A stretch of 64,000 bases of DNA from Mobula hypostoma (Eukaryota). The stretch lies in NCBI RefSeq assembly GCF_963921235.1, contig NC_086108.1:46874001-46938000 (forward strand), written 5' to 3'. The position numbers and the translations under genes are program-made. Shown piece by piece: positions 38,101-48,980 of this stretch. Positions within the stretch are counted from its first letter, which is position 1. Each line of letters starts with the position of its first letter. The notes under the pieces are model-generated. The model ran no database searches. It was not told the DNA's origin and worked only from the letters and a program-made list of their open reading frames with translations.

Positions 38101-40917
38101 TCCAATGTCACTTCATTCCTTAGTTGAAAAGATGCAGACACTTGTACACTTTCCTGAACACCAAGAAGCCAAGATAGATTATTGCTGCTTTCTATCAACC
38201 TCCTGTTCCGGGTTCAAGTCAAAGGAAATGAAGAGCAAACCTGGATGGTATCAAGTAACTACAACACAATCATTTAACCAGATTATTGGTTAAACTGCAA
38301 ATGGTGAAGATTATCCAAATATACAATGGGACACTGATTAAGCAGAGAATTGGGTGGAGGGATGAGTGTAATTTAATCACAAACAAGAGAAAATCTGCAG
38401 ATGCTGGAAATCCAAACAACACACACAAAATGTTGGAGGAACTCAGCAGGCCAGGTAGCATCTACGGAAAACAAGAGTACAGTCAACATTTCAGGCAGAG
38501 ACCCTTCAGCGGGACTGGAGAGAGAAAAAAAGATGAGTAGATTTAAAAGGTGGGGGGGGTGGAAGAGGGAGAAACACAAGGTGATAGGTGTAACTGGGAG
38601 GGGGGAGGGGTGAAGTAAAGAGCTGGGAAGTTGATTGGTGAAAGAGATACAGGGTTGGAGAAGGGGAGAGGACCGACGGCCATCAAAGGAAGAAAGGGGG
38701 AGGTGACCTGCCTCAATGACTCGTGTCCAGTAGCACTTACATCAACTCAACTGTGATGAAGTGCTTTGAGGGGTCGGTGATGAAACACATCAACTCCTGC
38801 TTCAGAAGCGACTTGGATTCATTCCAATTTGCTTACTGTCACAACAGGTTAAAATCAGATGCATTTCTTCAGCTCTGGAACATCTGGACAGTGAAGACTC
38901 ATATTGACCACAGCTCAGCATTCAATACTATCATCCCCCAGATTGCCTCATTTGCAGACCCCAGTCAGTTCCGATTGGCAACAACATCTCCTCCATAAAT
39001 TTCATCAGCAAAGGTACACCACAAGGCTGTGTGCTTCGCCCCCTACTCTTCTCACTTTATACCTATGGCTGTGAGGTTAAGTACAGATCCAATGCTATAT
39101 TAAAGTTTGCTGACAATACCACTGTCAGTGGCCAAATCAAATGAGGTGCTGATTCAGTATATAGATGGGAGATTGAAAATCTGGTTGACTGGTGCCACAA
39201 CACTAAACTCTCACTCAATGCCAGCAAGACCAAGGAGCTGGATATTTACTTCAGGAGGAAACCAGAGGTCCATGAGCCAGTCTCCTTTTGGGGAAACAGA
39301 GGCGAAGAGGATCAGCAACTTTAAATTCCCTAGTGTTATCACCTCATAGGTTCCATCCTGGATCCTACAGGTACGTTGTATTATCAAGAAAGCACAGCAG
39401 CACCTTTATTTTCTTAGAAGTTTGCATAGATTTGGCAAGACATCTAAAAGTGTGACAAACTTCTGTAGATGTGTGGTGGAGAGTATATTGACTGGTTACA
39501 TCACCAATACCCTTGAATGGAAAATCAATACAAAAGCAGTGGATACAGTCCAGTCCATCACAGGTAAAGCCCTCCCCAGCGATGAGCACATCCACATGGA
39601 GCGCTGTTACAGGAAAGCAGCATCCATCATCATCCAGGCCATGGTCTCTTCTCACTGTTGCCATCAGGAAGGTGGTAGAGGAGCCCCAGGACCCACACCA
39701 CCAGGTTCAGGAACAAATATCCCCAACAAGAGGGGATAACTTCATTCAACTTCACTCACCTCAACACAACCTACGGACTTACTTTCAAGACACTTTATCT
39801 GATGTTCTCAATATTTTTTACTTATTTATTATCTTTCTTTTTATTTGTAGTTTATTGTCTTTTGCACAATGGTTGTTTGTCCATGTGGTGTGTGTCTTTC
39901 ATTGTTTCTATTGTGTTTTAATGTTTACTGTGAATGCCTGCAAGAAAAAATGATCTCAGTGGTTTACATAGTGACATATGCATTTTGATAACAAATTTAC
40001 TTTGAACTTTGCATTACACGTTTCTTTTGCAATTCTTTTGTTGATTTGACTGTAGGAATAGGAGGCTAGAGACCTGAATTTTTTTAAAAAATCTAATAAC
40101 ATGTCAAACTTGGTTTACCAGGTTAAGGGTGATCTTGAACAGTTTACAAATCACTGGAAAAGCTAAAACACAATTCATTAAATGAGGTTTTTAAACTGAT
40201 AAAGACTTACATTAGAAGTGTTCCTACCCTGAAGCATTTTACAGCCAATTAGGTACTTTAAAATACATACACTGTCGTTGGACAATGCACCTGTAGGTCT
40301 ATGTGGACTTGGTACGTCAACATTTCTCCATCATTATTGGAACAAAATCCAAGGTAGGGCAGAAAGATAGTGTCGCAGTTTAACAGAATGCTTCACAGCA
40401 TCAGTGATAAGACGATTGGGACTGAATTCCTGCTGCTGTTTGTAAGACACTGGAGAAGTTCTCCCCGTGACCTCATGGGCTTCTTCCCACACTTGAGAGA
40501 TGTATGGGTTAGGGTTAGTTAGTTGAGGCCGTGCTATGTTGGCACCAGAATCATGGCAACACTTGCAGTCTGCACCTGGCACATCCTCTGACTGTATTGG
40601 TCATTGACAAAAGCAACATTTCAATGCATGACAATTAAAGCCAATCTTTAAAAAAAATGATTCCATGGGACAATGCAAGTACCTTCACTACGTGACTGTT
40701 ATGGTTCAACACTATTTCAAAGACAAGAAATGTTGCCTTGCAAGTGACAACCTACCCCAATCCCACTCTAGGTGAACAGGCACAGGAGCATCAGAATATA
40801 AAGCCTGGGCAGAAAAAATTTATAAATCAAACAATGCCTGAGTTATTCAAAACTTTACCTCAGCCTTCAGCTTCAGTTGTATCTTTTTATTGATTGCATA
40901 GTCAGCATCTACTTTTC
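8062..40917 (-). CDS. SOAT1: Sterol O-acyltransferase 1 (ACAT1), 5'-partial; join of 14 coding exons: 40859-40917, 35131-35276, 34584-34643, 34281-34388, 33329-33611, 29333-29408, 28570-28654, 27838-27883, 26073-26202, 25590-25687, 22551-22649, 11106-11241, 8415-8560, 8062-8118
   Basis: All exons have AG/GT boundaries and consistent phases, giving one open frame. It contains MBOAT/ACAT motifs [51 protein letters not shown] (catalytic His) and SQEWYA. Residues [30 protein letters not shown] and WTSLFLG fit SOAT1 better than SOAT2. Exon numbers below follow the 16-exon human gene by analogy. Confidence 0.96.
8415..8560 (-). CDS. SOAT1: SOAT1 exon ~15 ([49 protein letters not shown])
   Basis: 146 nt, ttgtag acceptor and gtaagt donor. 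Confidence 0.96.
8860..9320 (+). mobile_element. Degenerate Penelope-like 3' fragment
   Basis: cagattggaggagcaagacctt...ctccaacctgacaacatgaatat followed by a degenerate tail ending gctgcctggcctgctgagttcctccagca. Confidence 0.7.
9632..10908 (+). mobile_element. Penelope-like element (Neptune type) with inverted 5' tail copy and 14-bp TSD
   Basis: 9632-~10025 is an inverted tail; ~10030-10908 is forward, with Cys linker CKRNKCYTC and GIY-YIG ORF 10359..10685; TSD cagataattttttt at 9618-9631 and 10909-10922. Confidence 0.92.
9738..9776 (-). ncRNA. Minimal type-I hammerhead ribozyme motif, best-preserved copy
   Basis: UUAGUC-CUGACGA-A-GGGUCUCGGCCC-GAAAC-GUC-GACUG; helix I UAGUC/GACUG; palindromic ACGU helix III. 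Confidence 0.72.
11106..11241 (-). CDS. SOAT1: SOAT1 exon ~14 ([45 protein letters not shown])
   Basis: 136 nt, tttacag acceptor and gtaagt donor; contains the catalytic His (VHEY). Confidence 0.97.
12310..17272 (-). mobile_element. CR1 LINE (decayed ORF1 esterase to 3' end), host of a nested CR1
   Basis: ORFs 16770 (DGLHLN), 16303 (YFNARSI, TETW), 14985 (NYSPVSLTS) and 12875 ([10 protein letters not shown]...FADD); 3' tail near 12310. Confidence 0.93.
13441..14982 (+). mobile_element. CR1 LINE 3' fragment nested antisense in the host CR1
   Basis: RT ORFs 13356 and 13866 (YADD); ttttctatgtttctat tail; atct duplicated at 13437-13440 and 14983-14986. Confidence 0.92.
17330..17760 (+). mobile_element. 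Gypsy-type LTR retrotransposon integrase relic
   Basis: [32 protein letters not shown]...[11 protein letters not shown]...SELLMGR resembles the integrase core and C-terminus. Confidence 0.65.
17845..18195 (+). mobile_element. tRNA-derived V-type SINE (HE1-like) with CR1-like tail, degenerate
   Basis: gggttcaaccct B-box-like; V-domain-like cacatcccaatgacgtgcaggttgataggttaattggtcac; tail gggccacaagacctatttctatgct. Confidence 0.6.
19185..20135 (+). mobile_element. Old CR1 RT fragment
   Basis: [11 protein letters not shown]...[10 protein letters not shown] (ORF 19358). Confidence 0.8.
20140..21238 (-). mobile_element. Old CR1 3' fragment
   Basis: [14 protein letters not shown]...DLG (ORF 20736); CR1 3' UTR near 20140. 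Confidence 0.8.
21240..21685 (-). mobile_element. Tc1/mariner transposon right end with transposase relic
   Basis: TIR-like cagtactttgcagaag at 21240; minus strand translates [20 protein letters not shown] (WPxQSPDLNxIE motif). Confidence 0.8.
21700..22160 (-). mobile_element. CR1 ORF1 (esterase) relic
   Basis: Reverse complement resembles the ORF1 end of the CR1 at 56500-56850. Confidence 0.65.
22551..22649 (-). CDS. SOAT1: SOAT1 exon ~13 ([33 protein letters not shown])
   Basis: 99 nt, attcag acceptor and gtaagg donor. Confidence 0.97.
22695..25062 (+). mobile_element. Penelope-like element (RT thumb, Cys linker, GIY-YIG, tail), interrupted by an L1 ORF1 insertion
   Basis: [39 protein letters not shown] 23289..23582; mutated hammerhead at ~24923-24960. 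Confidence 0.9.
23652..24724 (+). mobile_element. L1-clade ORF1-only insertion (5'UTR plus ORF1p; HAL1-like)
   Basis: ORF 23807..24652 has a coiled coil, [22 protein letters not shown]...[19 protein letters not shown] and LLYPARL; 16-bp TSD tctctctgtccctctt at 23636-23651 and 24725-24740. Confidence 0.9.
25590..25687 (-). CDS. SOAT1: SOAT1 exon ~12 ([32 protein letters not shown])
   Basis: 98 nt, AG/GT. Confidence 0.96.
26073..26202 (-). CDS. SOAT1: SOAT1 exon ~11 ([43 protein letters not shown])
   Basis: 130 nt, AG/GT. Confidence 0.96.
27838..27883 (-). CDS. SOAT1: SOAT1 exon ~10 ([15 protein letters not shown])
   Basis: 46 nt, AG/GT, frame-consistent. Confidence 0.94.
28570..28654 (-). 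CDS. SOAT1: SOAT1 exon ~9 ([28 protein letters not shown])
   Basis: 85 nt, tttcag acceptor and gtaagc donor. Confidence 0.95.
29333..29408 (-). CDS. SOAT1: SOAT1 exon ~8 ([25 protein letters not shown])
   Basis: 76 nt, ctttag acceptor and gtgagt donor; MKAHSF motif. Confidence 0.94.
30760..32180 (-). mobile_element. Degenerate Rex1/Babar-like LINE 3' portion
   Basis: Reverse complement resembles the RT C-terminus and 3' UTR of the copies at 38703 and 49100. Confidence 0.65.
33329..33611 (-). CDS. SOAT1: SOAT1 exon ~7 ([16 protein letters not shown]...[13 protein letters not shown])
   Basis: 283 nt, AG/GT; lies within ORF 33314..33715. Confidence 0.96.
34281..34388 (-). CDS. SOAT1: SOAT1 exon ~6 ([36 protein letters not shown])
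   Basis: 108 nt, AG/GT, strong ACAT motif. Confidence 0.96.
34584..34643 (-). CDS. SOAT1: SOAT1 exon ~5 ([19 protein letters not shown])
   Basis: 60 nt, ttcacag acceptor and gtaagt donor. Confidence 0.93.
   Translation of the reverse strand, partial: TDKGTPRKGKALHVSSISA
34850..34995. mobile_element. Mini inverted Penelope tail
   Basis: aaatctgcaggtgctgga...cagcaggccaggcagcatc tail; 30-bp inverted arms at 34891-34920 and 34964-34993. Confidence 0.75.
35131..35276 (-). CDS. SOAT1: SOAT1 exon ~4 ([30 protein letters not shown]...MANR)
   Basis: 146 nt, phase 0 to phase 2, gtaaga donor; [12 protein letters not shown] matches human SHFDDFVTNLIE. Confidence 0.9.
38380..38702 (-). mobile_element. 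Penelope tail fragment with degenerate hammerhead
   Basis: Same tail family; core mutated to CCGCTGA...GAAAT. Confidence 0.75.
38703..40010 (+). mobile_element. Rex1/Babar-like LINE RT fragment
   Basis: STVMKCFE...LDSFQFAY...[21 protein letters not shown]; tail tttactttgaacttt. Confidence 0.8.
40358..40650 (+). mobile_element. Degenerate V-type SINE with LINE-derived tail
   Basis: gttctccccgtgacctcatgggcttcttcccacac...gggttagggttag core; ends aattaaagccaatcttt. Confidence 0.5.
40859..40917 (-). CDS. SOAT1: SOAT1 exon ~3 ([20 protein letters not shown])
   Basis: 59 nt, ttctttcag acceptor and gtaaag donor; aligns by eye to human [20 protein letters not shown]. Confidence 0.85.
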
Positions 40918-41134
40918 CTGAAAGAAAACAAAGATTCATGTAAACTCAAACAGAATGAGGTGCACTTGAAGCAATTAGGGTAAACTATTTGGTGGGGTGG
41001 GGGGGCAAGGAGACAAAAAAGAAAAACGTCCACAAAATAGCTACTTCAGTTAAAATCCTACAATTTCTTAATTATGAGTGAAAATGTTTCTTGGCAAGAT
41101 AGCAAGTTCATAGGCCACTCTAAACTCTCTAGTA

Positions 41135-41973
41135 CAGGGACGGCGAAACTATGGCATGCATAAAAACTTTCTTTGCAGATGGCATGCAGTGCCACTGTTC
41201 AAATTCAAAAAAATATTCTCACGCCGGCTTGGCGTCAGCTAGGTGGTTCAGATTAGCCGACATTGGATGCTACTTGTGAAATCCTCACAGACCCTGACAT
41301 ACAGATCTGCATTGGATAGTAAACAGCTGGGCCAGTTACCATTAGCTTCACTCTGCTTTTGTTTTAGTTGTTGTACGAGAGTGAGCACTGGATATTCAGT
41401 GATAATAGTGGTCCATACTGTATGTAGTTCAGCATCCATGAATATTCATGTGAGTTATTGTTTTCAGTAATGAACATGGCCAGGTCTAATTATAGTAGTA
41501 TATTTACTGATGAAACTAATGACACGTGCACAACTCTCAAAACAACCAAATACAAGCCAGATATAAATATTTGTAATTCTTAAACATTTGTCACTGAATA
41601 AACAAAAGTCACCACTGGAGAGTAAAGTGTGTTTATTTTCCTTTCCTTGATCTTTTATGAATATACATCAAAGCTTACAATTTTTACACTCATATTTCTA
41701 TATGAGGCACAATAACAATTCTATGTGGAAATATTTTCCATTGTCTTTTTAAAAGATGACTAGTGTAACAGGTTTTCTAAAATACTTCATTTGTTTCAAT
41801 TTGTCTGTTATACTTTTATTAATAAAATAATGAATACATGTAAATAAGCAACAGGACTCATGCTTTTTCCTTTAAAAAAAACTCCATAATTATGCTCAAA
41901 ATTACCATGGAATGTGAGAGAATTTTTTTTTAAGCAAATGGTTGCCAATTCAGGCACACACGCTCCTACCCTG
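41135..41973. mobile_element. Possible non-autonomous hAT (Charlie-like) element
   Basis: CAGGG...CCCTG termini with atggca subterminal motifs; no 8-bp TSD preserved. Confidence 0.4.
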
Positions 41974-42759
41974 GTATGTCAGAGATAGGTAGAATCTGGA
42001 GTGAAATGATGGAAATGTGGAGAGAATGCATAACGGGGTCTCAACCCAGTGCAGGCTCAGTGGGTCAAAAAGGCCAATTCCATGCTGTTATACAATGAAA
42101 TTAAAACTTTCTTTAAAGGCTCAAAGAAACTGGCCACTAATTAATTTAATTAATATTCAGACCGTAGGGTCCTTTTGGCATTAGAAATCTGACAGGATTA
42201 CACAAGGGCTGAATTGCCCCCATGCTATATAATATCCAAGTATGACACAATGGGTCATCAGTAAATTAAAGCATCTTAGAAACCCACAGTCCACAAAGGA
42301 ACTCAAATCAATTAACAAATAATTTGAAGCAAGATTTTTTTCGGAATTCTTAATATTAAAATTGCAAAAGCTACATTAATCTTTATTTGCTAATATTTGG
42401 TGTTATGTGATGCAACAGAAAAAGAGATATGAAATTAGCTTGCGGGTAGCTGCCATTTTAAATTATGAAGCAGGTCAAACCTCAGTCCAGTCACTTTGGT
42501 TTTAAAAACTTAGGAGAAATAACCCCCAATTACAACATTTGAATGAACAAGAATTCTTCGTGATTACTAGTTGCTGTAATGGCAAGACTACATATTTATT
42601 AGGCCAGTATGATCTTAATGAAGGGCAACAAATGAATTAATTAAAGGGATTCTTGCAGTTTTAGTAAGCCTACTGGAAAATAGAGATTTCTTCTGCTGGT
42701 ACACAAATGTTGAAGTAGAATGCATAATAGTACAAAACATTAGCTGGACTACAGCTAGA

Positions 42760-43200
42760 TTACTGTGTGCAGTCCTGGTTAACATACTAAAGGAAGATGG
42801 TAGTGGACAGCAGGATAAGATTCACTAGGAAATTGCCTGGGATAGAGCATTAATAAGCAGAGGCTGATAGGCTGGTTTGTCTTCCTTGGGGCAGAGAGGA
42901 CTAAAGTTGGATCCAACAGTGAGTGTAGACAGCTGGGAAGTTCCCCTTCCCCTCTCAGAGTTGAGGCATCTAACACTAGAGTGCATTGGTTTTAGCTAAG
43001 AGCCGAGAGAATTAGAAGAATTTTTCACCCAAAGGACAGCTGATATCTTGAACTTATTGTTCGAAGAGATGGCAGATTCAGATATTTAGTTGAGTATTGG
43101 AAATGCAATGGTATAGCAAGCTATAGACCAAGTGCTGGAATAAAGGACGGGTATCAATGGACACAGGATGGCTGGCAAAGAGAGTGGGCCAGAGCATACA
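42760..43200 (+). mobile_element. Old CR1 3' fragment
   Basis: tactgtgtgcagtcctggt...tttttcacccaa; CR1 3' region similarity. Confidence 0.6.
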
Positions 43201-43350
43201 AATGAATGGAACGGAATTTCATGAGACTCATTAATGTCTGGGAATTCAGATTATCACCAACATCTGAATTTGATATACAAATTTCAAATGCTGATTATGA
43301 TCCAACCTTGACAAAGATTATTTTTCCTCACCCACCAATGCTCACCTTAT

Positions 43351-44306
43351 AGATAGATAGATATACTTTATTGATCCCGAGGGAAATTGGGTTTCGTTAC
43401 AGCCACACCAACCAAGAATAGAGCATAAATATAGCAATACAAAAACCATAAACAATCAAACAACAAAATGCAAACTATGCCAGATGAAAAATAAGTCTAG
43501 ACCAGTCTATTGGCTCAGGGTGTCTGACCCTCCATGGGAGGAGCTGCAAGTTCGATGGCCACAGACACGAACGACCTCCCGTGCCGCCCAGTGTTGTATC
43601 TCGGTGGAATATGGCCAAAGTTCAATATCCGGTCTACAAACACATTCCTCGATCGTAATATGACCCGGATTGCACCATCTGTTGTTAACCAGAACAGTAA
43701 GCACCCAACTCCTTTACGCTTACCGCTCTCAGAGCACTTCCGGTCAGCCCGAATGGTCTGGAAGCCGTCCATGGAAAAGTTTTGATCGGGTATGTCCTCG
43801 TGCAGCCCCGTTCCAGTGAAACACATCACACTGCACTCCCGAAATGTTCTCTGACGCCTGGCTAGTGCCGTGAACTCGTCCATTTTATTATCCACCGAAT
43901 TCTTCTTCTCCATAAATCTCTGCTGTCTCGATCCAATCCTCTTTCCTCGTCTTTGTGATCCCCCTCTGCATCCTCTGTGTGTTTTCCTCCAGATTTCAGC
44001 AGGGGTGTCCGCCGCTCTGCTCGCTAAACCGGCCGGCATAAGCTCAATCAGCTGGTCCCTGGAATAAACAATGCGACCATGCTTCTGTCCCGCTAATGAG
44101 ACGTGTCGGAATGTAACTATTTCCAATGCAAAAAACCGAAATAAAACTCTCTCTACCAGCATGTTAGAGAGGGGGCAGCTTCAACGTGTTACCGTGAAAA
44201 AAACATACAAAAAATAACGTAAGTTAAAAAGTAAGAAGAAAAAAGTAAGAATACTGATCGGAACGGCTGTAACAGGCTGCATGCACGACCGGCGCATGCG
44301 CACTGG
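43351..44306 (-). mobile_element. Internally deleted Rex1/Babar-like element (5' end and start of APE joined to the 3' end)
   Basis: ORF 43515..44162 reads YSRDQLIEL...HRGCRGG...NKMDE...SVMCFT...RADR...GKRKG, then YNTGRHGRSFVSVAIEL; 3' end ...gggatcaataaagta plus (CTAT)n. Confidence 0.8.
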
Positions 44307-44619
44307 TTATGCATTGTTTTGTGTTTTTATCATGGAGTGAACATTAATGAACAGCATGTCATTTTACAGTTGAAAAGGGAGTAAGAGAAACTTACTACAT
44401 AGAAGGTCACTACACATGGACGTGTGACAAAAAGTCACCATTTTCTGCACTGCAGCAATACAAAAGATAGTGCCTTAAAGGCAATGCCCTTACAAAGTGC
44501 ACAGAAATCAAAAAGATTTAAGAGCAATTCCTATTTTAAAAAGTATTCATATAGTAGGGACCTATGGCTGATGTCACTCATTTCCTCTATTTATCAGACC
44601 TGCACTCACCCCATTTTCC

Positions 44620-45760
44620 TCCAGACAGACTAGAGATCGAATTCCCCCTCATCTGGTTTTCACCTACCACCCTCCACAGAGCACAGCATCCTTTGTCATT
44701 TCCACCAGGTGCAACGAGATCCCACTACCAGCCATAGCAGCTCCTCCCCACTCCGTCCGCCTTCCACAGCACTACTCCCTCCAAAATCCATTCAACCATT
44801 CCTATCCACCTCTGACCCCTAGCACTTTCCCTGTAAATTACAGCAAGTGTATACTTGCTCTCAAAACTCCTCCCTCAACACCAACCATGGCCCAGAACAG
44901 CCCTTCCACAGGAGACAAAGATTCAAGTGTACATTTCTCAATCTCATCTCCTGCATTTGATGCTCATGTTGTGGTTTCCTCCACATAAGACCAAGAACAA
45001 ACTAGGCAATTGATTCACAGAGCACCTATACTTTATCTGCAAAGGCCATCCCAAGCTCCCAGCTGATCACTGATCCAGTTCCTCTTCCCATAATGATTTG
45101 TCTGTTGTGTACTTCCAATACCATATTGAAGTCTAATGCAAAATTCCACCTATGTAATCTAAACTCAACAGTATGTATGAGTTTTTCCCCAATTTCACGT
45201 ACCCTCACTTCTGGTGTTTCTCCCTCCCCCGTCCCTTCTCTCTCCTTCCAGTCGTCCTCCGCTCCTCCCATTTTTACTTTCCAATGCCACTCTCTGCCAC
45301 TCACCATCACCCAGTTTATACCCCACATGGTTTCAAACTATTACGCATACACTTCGCCCATCAACTCTCCTTGCCCCCTTTCAATCTCTTCCCCATCTGG
45401 TTCCATCTGCCTTTCACTTCTCTCCTAATGGTTCTTGTTATCACCAACCTTACTCACCAGATTCCAGACCATGTTCATGCTCCCAGCCATCTCCATCTCC
45501 ACCTCCACCCTCCTCTCCATCTATCATTCATCTGCCCACCTTCAAACTCCATGTCCCCAAATGGGCCAATCTGCCCATCATCCTTTGCATAGAACTGCTC
45601 CCCCTTCCCCTCCCAGTCCACACATCATTCCTGACCCATCTCACCATTCCCCTTTTTCTCTCCTATGAAAAGTCACCAGTTCCATCCCCCTCAATCTCAC
45701 ACAGATACTGCTCGACAGAAATTCCTCCAGCAAAACATTTGCCGCTCCACTATTTAATGT
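44620..45760 (+). mobile_element. Old, highly degenerate Penelope-like fragment
   Basis: ttttcacctaccaccc...gatcccactacc...caattgattcacagagcacct parallels the young PLE copies; pyrimidine-rich 3' region. Confidence 0.6.
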
Positions 45761-47439
45761 TTGTTTAGAATGCTACAATCTGTATTAATTTGACATTTTT
45801 AATTTAAATATGAACGTTCTTTAAAAATATGTGCCCTAACTCCTACTTCCGTTGGACAAAACTTCAAATTTCCAACCACATTTTTCAGTTTATAACTCAG
45901 CTTTCAAATTATGTTTGGTATTTATAGGTTCACAGCACCAGCAGACTATTCTAACCCACAAAGACATGAAACAATTAAACTTCCTCGCACCCTCTACCCA
46001 CCTCACTAATTTTTTCCGCTTTCCCTGGCTCCACATTTCTACATTATGAATTGAGCCATGGGGCAAATCAGTCATGATCTTATTGAATCATCTTCTATCC
46101 ATTCCTCCCTCATACATTTCCCTCACTTCCTTTTACTTGCATCATTGCTACTTGCCTCAACTCACATCCAATGTCTTCCCTAGCACCAGACTCAAGTTTC
46201 AAGAAGATTCAAAGATTCAAAATGAATTTATTATCAAAGAATGTAAAAATTATATAGCCTTGAGATTTGTTTGTTTACAGCAGCCACACAGCAAGAAACC
46301 CAAAAGAACCCAGAATACCAACCCTCCCCCAATCCCCTCTGCATCCAAAAAAAAAATCACAGATCATGTAAATAGAAAGGGAGCAACAACAACAGCGTTC
46401 CGAACCAAATTGAATCCTTAGATCTAAATCCCTAGAGCAACTCGGAGCAGACCTCAGTATTCAGCTCATTAAACTAGCGGGGCAAGTCGCCGCAAAGTTC
46501 GCAGACACGAGGCGCAGCAGCTGGGAGTCTCAAAGATGCAGCGCTGCAGAGCAAGGAGCCCCCAGTCCATCTGGGCTGGCGTGTAGATTGTCTGAACAGC
46601 AGGTCATACCTTGCATTAGGACCCGGGCTCTGCTCCGGGCTTACATTTTGCCGCCGAAGACGCCGTCCTCAACCTCGTCAAATCGGCTCGGTGCTCAGAG
46701 CAATCCTCGCCCAACTCTCAACACCCTGCCTTTTCAGTCTATCTGGAGTGGCAATTAAATTGTCCAAATAGCAGATAGTGCCTGGCATTAGGACCTAAAC
46801 ATTCTTGCAAAGCAAACTGTGATAGTTCGGTACTAAAGGAAATTTCTTGGGGGCTTTGAAGCAGACAGAAAGAAATGCTGAAGAAAAGAATCTGAGTAAT
46901 AAGCAAAGTGACTGCCTTTCCTTCTCTTGGCCTCAGATTCTTTTTCATTGACTCATGCAATCCCAGAGTGAGCAGTACCAGATCAGGTCAGTTTCACAAG
47001 CAGAATGTTAAACAAACACCAAGCAAGATTATTCTTACTAAGAGGTTGAAAACATCTACATTAGCTGCTGAAAGGTTAAATTCAATCACAATTGCTCCAG
47101 CTATATTTCTGTTGTACTATAGGTGTTATTCCCAGATTTAAAATACTTATTTGCAATTCCAGAGTCCAAAAAAAATCTCATATTCCACTAAAACACAAAC
47201 TCATTTTAGTCAAGGTTACAGTTAAAACCTGGTATCGTGGTGTTAGGGAATGTAGAAAAAACTGGAAACACATCTTTGGGCATCTGCATGGAGAACAGCC
47301 CTGTGAACATTACAGTAATGCCCTTTGTATCTCCATGTTCCCAGGTGCTACCCTACCCCATCAGAACTTTGCCCTCAGATCAATAGGCAATAGTCGAAAA
47401 ATGGGGAACAAATTCAGAAAACAGAGGTTCAGAGTGAAT

Positions 47440-48140
47440 TATTCTCATACAAGTTGAGTCACTGGCAAGGAAGGCAAATGCAAGGTTAGCATCCATTTTG
47501 AGAGGACTAGAATATAAACACAAGGACATAATGCTGAGGCTCTATAAAGCATTGGTCAGCCCACAAACTTAGATCACTGTAAACAGTTTTGGGCTCGTTA
47601 TTCAAGAAAACATGTGCTGGCAACAGAGAGGATCCAGAGGTGGTTCATGAGAAAGATTCCAGGAATAAAGAGTTAATGTATGAGGAGCATTCAGTGGGTC
47701 TGGGCCTGCACTCACTGGAGTATAGAAGAATGAAGGCAGGGGAGGGGGAATCGCATTGAAACCTATCAAATACTGAAAGGGCTAGAATGAGGGGATGTGG
47801 AGAGGATTTTTACTATAGTGGGCAAGTCTAGGACCAGAGGGCACAGCCTCAGAAGATAGGCTCATCTATTTAGAACAGATGAGAAGGAATTTCTTTAGCC
47901 AGAGGGTGGTGGATCTGTGGAATTCATTGCCACAGGCAGCTGTGGAGGCCAAGTTTTGGGTATACTTAAAGCAGAGATTGCTAGGTTCTTGACTAGAAAA
48001 GTCTAAGGTTTTTACAAGGTTACAGAGAAAAGTCAGAACAATGGGGCTAAGAGAAATAATAAATTAGCCAGATGGAATGAATGGCGGGAGCAGTCAATGG
48101 GCCAAATGGCCAGATTCTGTTCCAATGTCCAATGTCTTGT
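47440..48140 (+). mobile_element. CR1 3' fragment
   Basis: Parallels 14300-14980 (gggcacagcctcagaa...gagggtggtggatctgtggaattc). Confidence 0.8.
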
Positions 48141-48439
48141 AATTTGCCTCCAACCTATAAATTTTATCTTCTAAACTCTTAGATGAGCAAAATGCCATTT
48201 GGGAGAGGAATCAAAAAAAAAATCAACCAAGCACAACCAAATCTGGCAATAAAGAAAAACATGTTTAAAACCAAAATGGAAGTTTGGTGAAACAATACAA
48301 TCAGAATTGAGAAATGCAGGACACATACGACATTTCCAGTAATCCAAAATCTCTACTCCCAGAAGAACTTCAAAAGTTAATTCACTTTAAACCAGTCACC
48401 ATGGTTGCAAAACTTTTTGCTAGTGCTTTACCATGATTC

Positions 48440-48980
48440 CTTAAGGTTCATGGGGTGGTAATGGGGACAAGCTCCCACTACACATTAAATGTTCCCAATG
48501 GCTTGCGCCTCAAATAGTCTCCGACAACACTTCTGGCCTTCACGTGTGGCTTAGCAGAACTGCTTCTAATGACAGGAGAAGGGGCAAAGATGGACTACTA
48601 GTGCCTTAAAATTAGTCACTTCAAGCAGTAGGGGCATGTCAGCCGTGGTTGGCAGCTCATCTAGAAGGAAAACTCTGATCTCAAACCTCCGCTACCTTGC
48701 GGCAATACCCACTCATAGGGGAAGGCTTCAGGAGTAAACCCCAATGGAAAAATCCAGAGCGGGAGTCCCTAAGGCAGTCCTACATTGAGTTTATGTTGAC
48801 TGGCAACTCCTGTGACGCTGCTGGTACCAAACTGTATCAGCCTCTGCTATTCCTTTGGGTTCAGATGTGTGGAGAGGTTGAGCTTGCGACATGGGCAACA
48901 GCTTGCTCTCCACATCGTACTGTCCAGGCCCGCGATGCAATATCCATATCAACTCTGACCGACGGAGGCCCTCACTGACC
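48440..48980 (+). mobile_element. RTE-clade 5'UTR-derived element
   Basis: ggcagctcatctagaaggaaaactctgatctcaaacctccgctaccttgcggc...gaaggcttcaggagtaaacccc resembles RTE 5' UTRs (recognised by eye). Confidence 0.5.

Noticed and set aside
8062..40917. SOAT2 or DGAT1 identity
   Set aside because: Diagnostic segments ([36 protein letters not shown]) match SOAT1
45026..45768. Several Pro/Ser-rich ORFs
   Set aside because: Low-complexity pyrimidine-rich tail of a decayed Penelope element
46739..46960. Minus ORF MHESMKKNLRPREGK as the SOAT1 start exon
   Set aside because: Only vague resemblance, no convincing phase-1 donor, and it overlaps the edge of a repeat
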